Assembly (NCBI GenBank): GCA_013265495.1
Contig: MU058384.1
Location: 3,509,010 to 3,573,009, forward strand
From: Vicugna vicugna
Taxonomy: Eukaryota
Reading direction: 5' to 3'
Length of the DNA: 64,000 nt
Part shown: in pieces, positions 62,632 through 64,000 of the stretch
How the letters are laid out: each line of letters begins with the position of its first letter
Position numbering within the stretch: the stretch's first letter is position 1
The notes under the pieces: generated by a model
Database searches by the model: none
What the model was told of the DNA's origin: nothing
What the model saw: the letters and a program-made list of their open reading frames with translations, nothing else
Translations under genes and position numbers: made by a program

Positions 62632-64000
62632 TCTCATAATTGTCTTTTAACTCAACAATTTTCCTTCATCACAGGATCTCGGAATAAATATTCTTTTCCT
62701 TATGAATTCAATTGATCAGACTTTGATGTAAAATAACAATGAAGAGATTTATTAATGAAGATAAAATTGAGTTTCATCATTTGGATTTTTATCTTCCGTT
62801 CTATACTAGTATTTCTAAGGAAAAACAAATGAAGTCAAAAACATATTACAGCTAGCATTTACTTCAACTTCAAAGGAACAACGGTCTTTATTTCTGGGGG
62901 ATTGTTGGGCCCTGTTCAGCATCACTTTCCTTCTAACGGACACTGTTTTCTGTTTTACAATTTACATTTGAATTCCAAATATTTCACTTTGATACATTCC
63001 CAAAAGAAGATTTAGACAAATTGTCTGTTCTTTCTTTTAAGTGTCATATTAAAATCTCCTTCTATGCCACATCTCTGGGTGCCTCATTAAAATTTTTAGA
63101 AAGTCATCACCTTTGTTCTATGGAGGGTTTTGAGGGGAGGGGGAGGTTGAAACCAGATGACAAGGATGTTTTCATCAGAAGAGAATTGTTCCAGGATGAA
63201 AAAAGCTCGCAGGAATATATAATGTGTTTCAGAAGAATGAAGGAGGAAAAAGCAAAGTTGGGAGGAATCTGCTCCTGTGGGTGTGAGCCCCGCCAGAGAC
63301 TGCTCACGAGTGGCATGTTTCAGATCACTTGACACGGTCATGCAAGCAACAGAAAGTTATATGGTTTTTAGTCTTCAGGTAGCAGTGACATGATAATGTG
63401 GGTGGATCAGGGGGAAAAAAATGAACTTCTCATTTTTTTATTTAAATTACTTTTGAGCTTGTTCTAGACTGTGGAGGAGTTGCTAAGCCACCCAGTTCAC
63501 ACACACTCACACCTCCCTCCTCCTCCACAGCCTCACCAAAGTTTCCCACAGACCTTGCTCTTGCCGACTCATCACTCAAATTGCATTGAGTGATCGCATT
63601 GAGGGACTGGTACATTGGGCATTGTGTTACGCCCACAGATGAAAGAACACATTTCCTGCATCTGGTGGAAAAGTCAGACAAGTAGACAGGTAATCACAAC
63701 ACTGAGAGGGAAGTCTACCGACATGAGCAGGATGCTAGGAGCCAGGTGCCCAACCCAGCTGGGGATGGTGTGAGGAAGGAGACGGTGGGGAACTCCTTCC
63801 TGGCTAGCTGTGTTTTGAAAGATGGACGGGAGTTGTTCAAGAAAGGGCAAAGACATTCCTGGCAATCACAGTTCCACAATCCCAGGAGATAAGACATGGA
63901 ATGCAAAAGTTAAATTTGGAAAAGAGAACACAGTCCATCACAGAGGGTCTTGACAGCTATACTCAGAGTTTGAAGTTCATTCTGAAGTAGATGGGAAGCG

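Noticed and set aside
1..64000. CRISPR array, operon or other prokaryote-type system
   Set aside because: The window is mammalian intron/exon and intergenic DNA; no regularly spaced repeats or dense ORF clusters.

Overview
Mammalian genomic DNA, most likely a camelid, judged from tRNA-Ala-derived Vic-1-type SINEs and the L1 3' ends (family names from memory). Bases 2351-15678 carry coding exons 2-7 of the class II cytokine receptor IL20RA on the + strand. The frame is intact and all introns are GT-AG; exon 1 lies upstream of the window. The rest is non-coding, repeat-rich 3' flank (L1, L2, MIR, MaLR/ERV LTRs, MER20, MER45, MER58, MADE2, SINEs). The main structure is a near-identical (~99.7%) head-to-tail duplication of ~7.4 kb (25831-33262 and 33263-40798). 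Its junction is complex, with a 104-bp and a 5-bp deletion, a 5-bp templated repeat and a substitution cluster, and the unit is rich in STAT (GAS) motifs. Smaller oddities: a tailless tRNA-Cys 5'-half retro-insertion, a CpG island inside a MER45 relic, an L1 fragment nested in an L1, a MADE2 hairpin with apparently compensatory changes, a strong CTCF motif and a NAGNAG acceptor. I see no new protein-coding system; almost all ORFs on the track outside IL20RA look spurious or repeat-derived.
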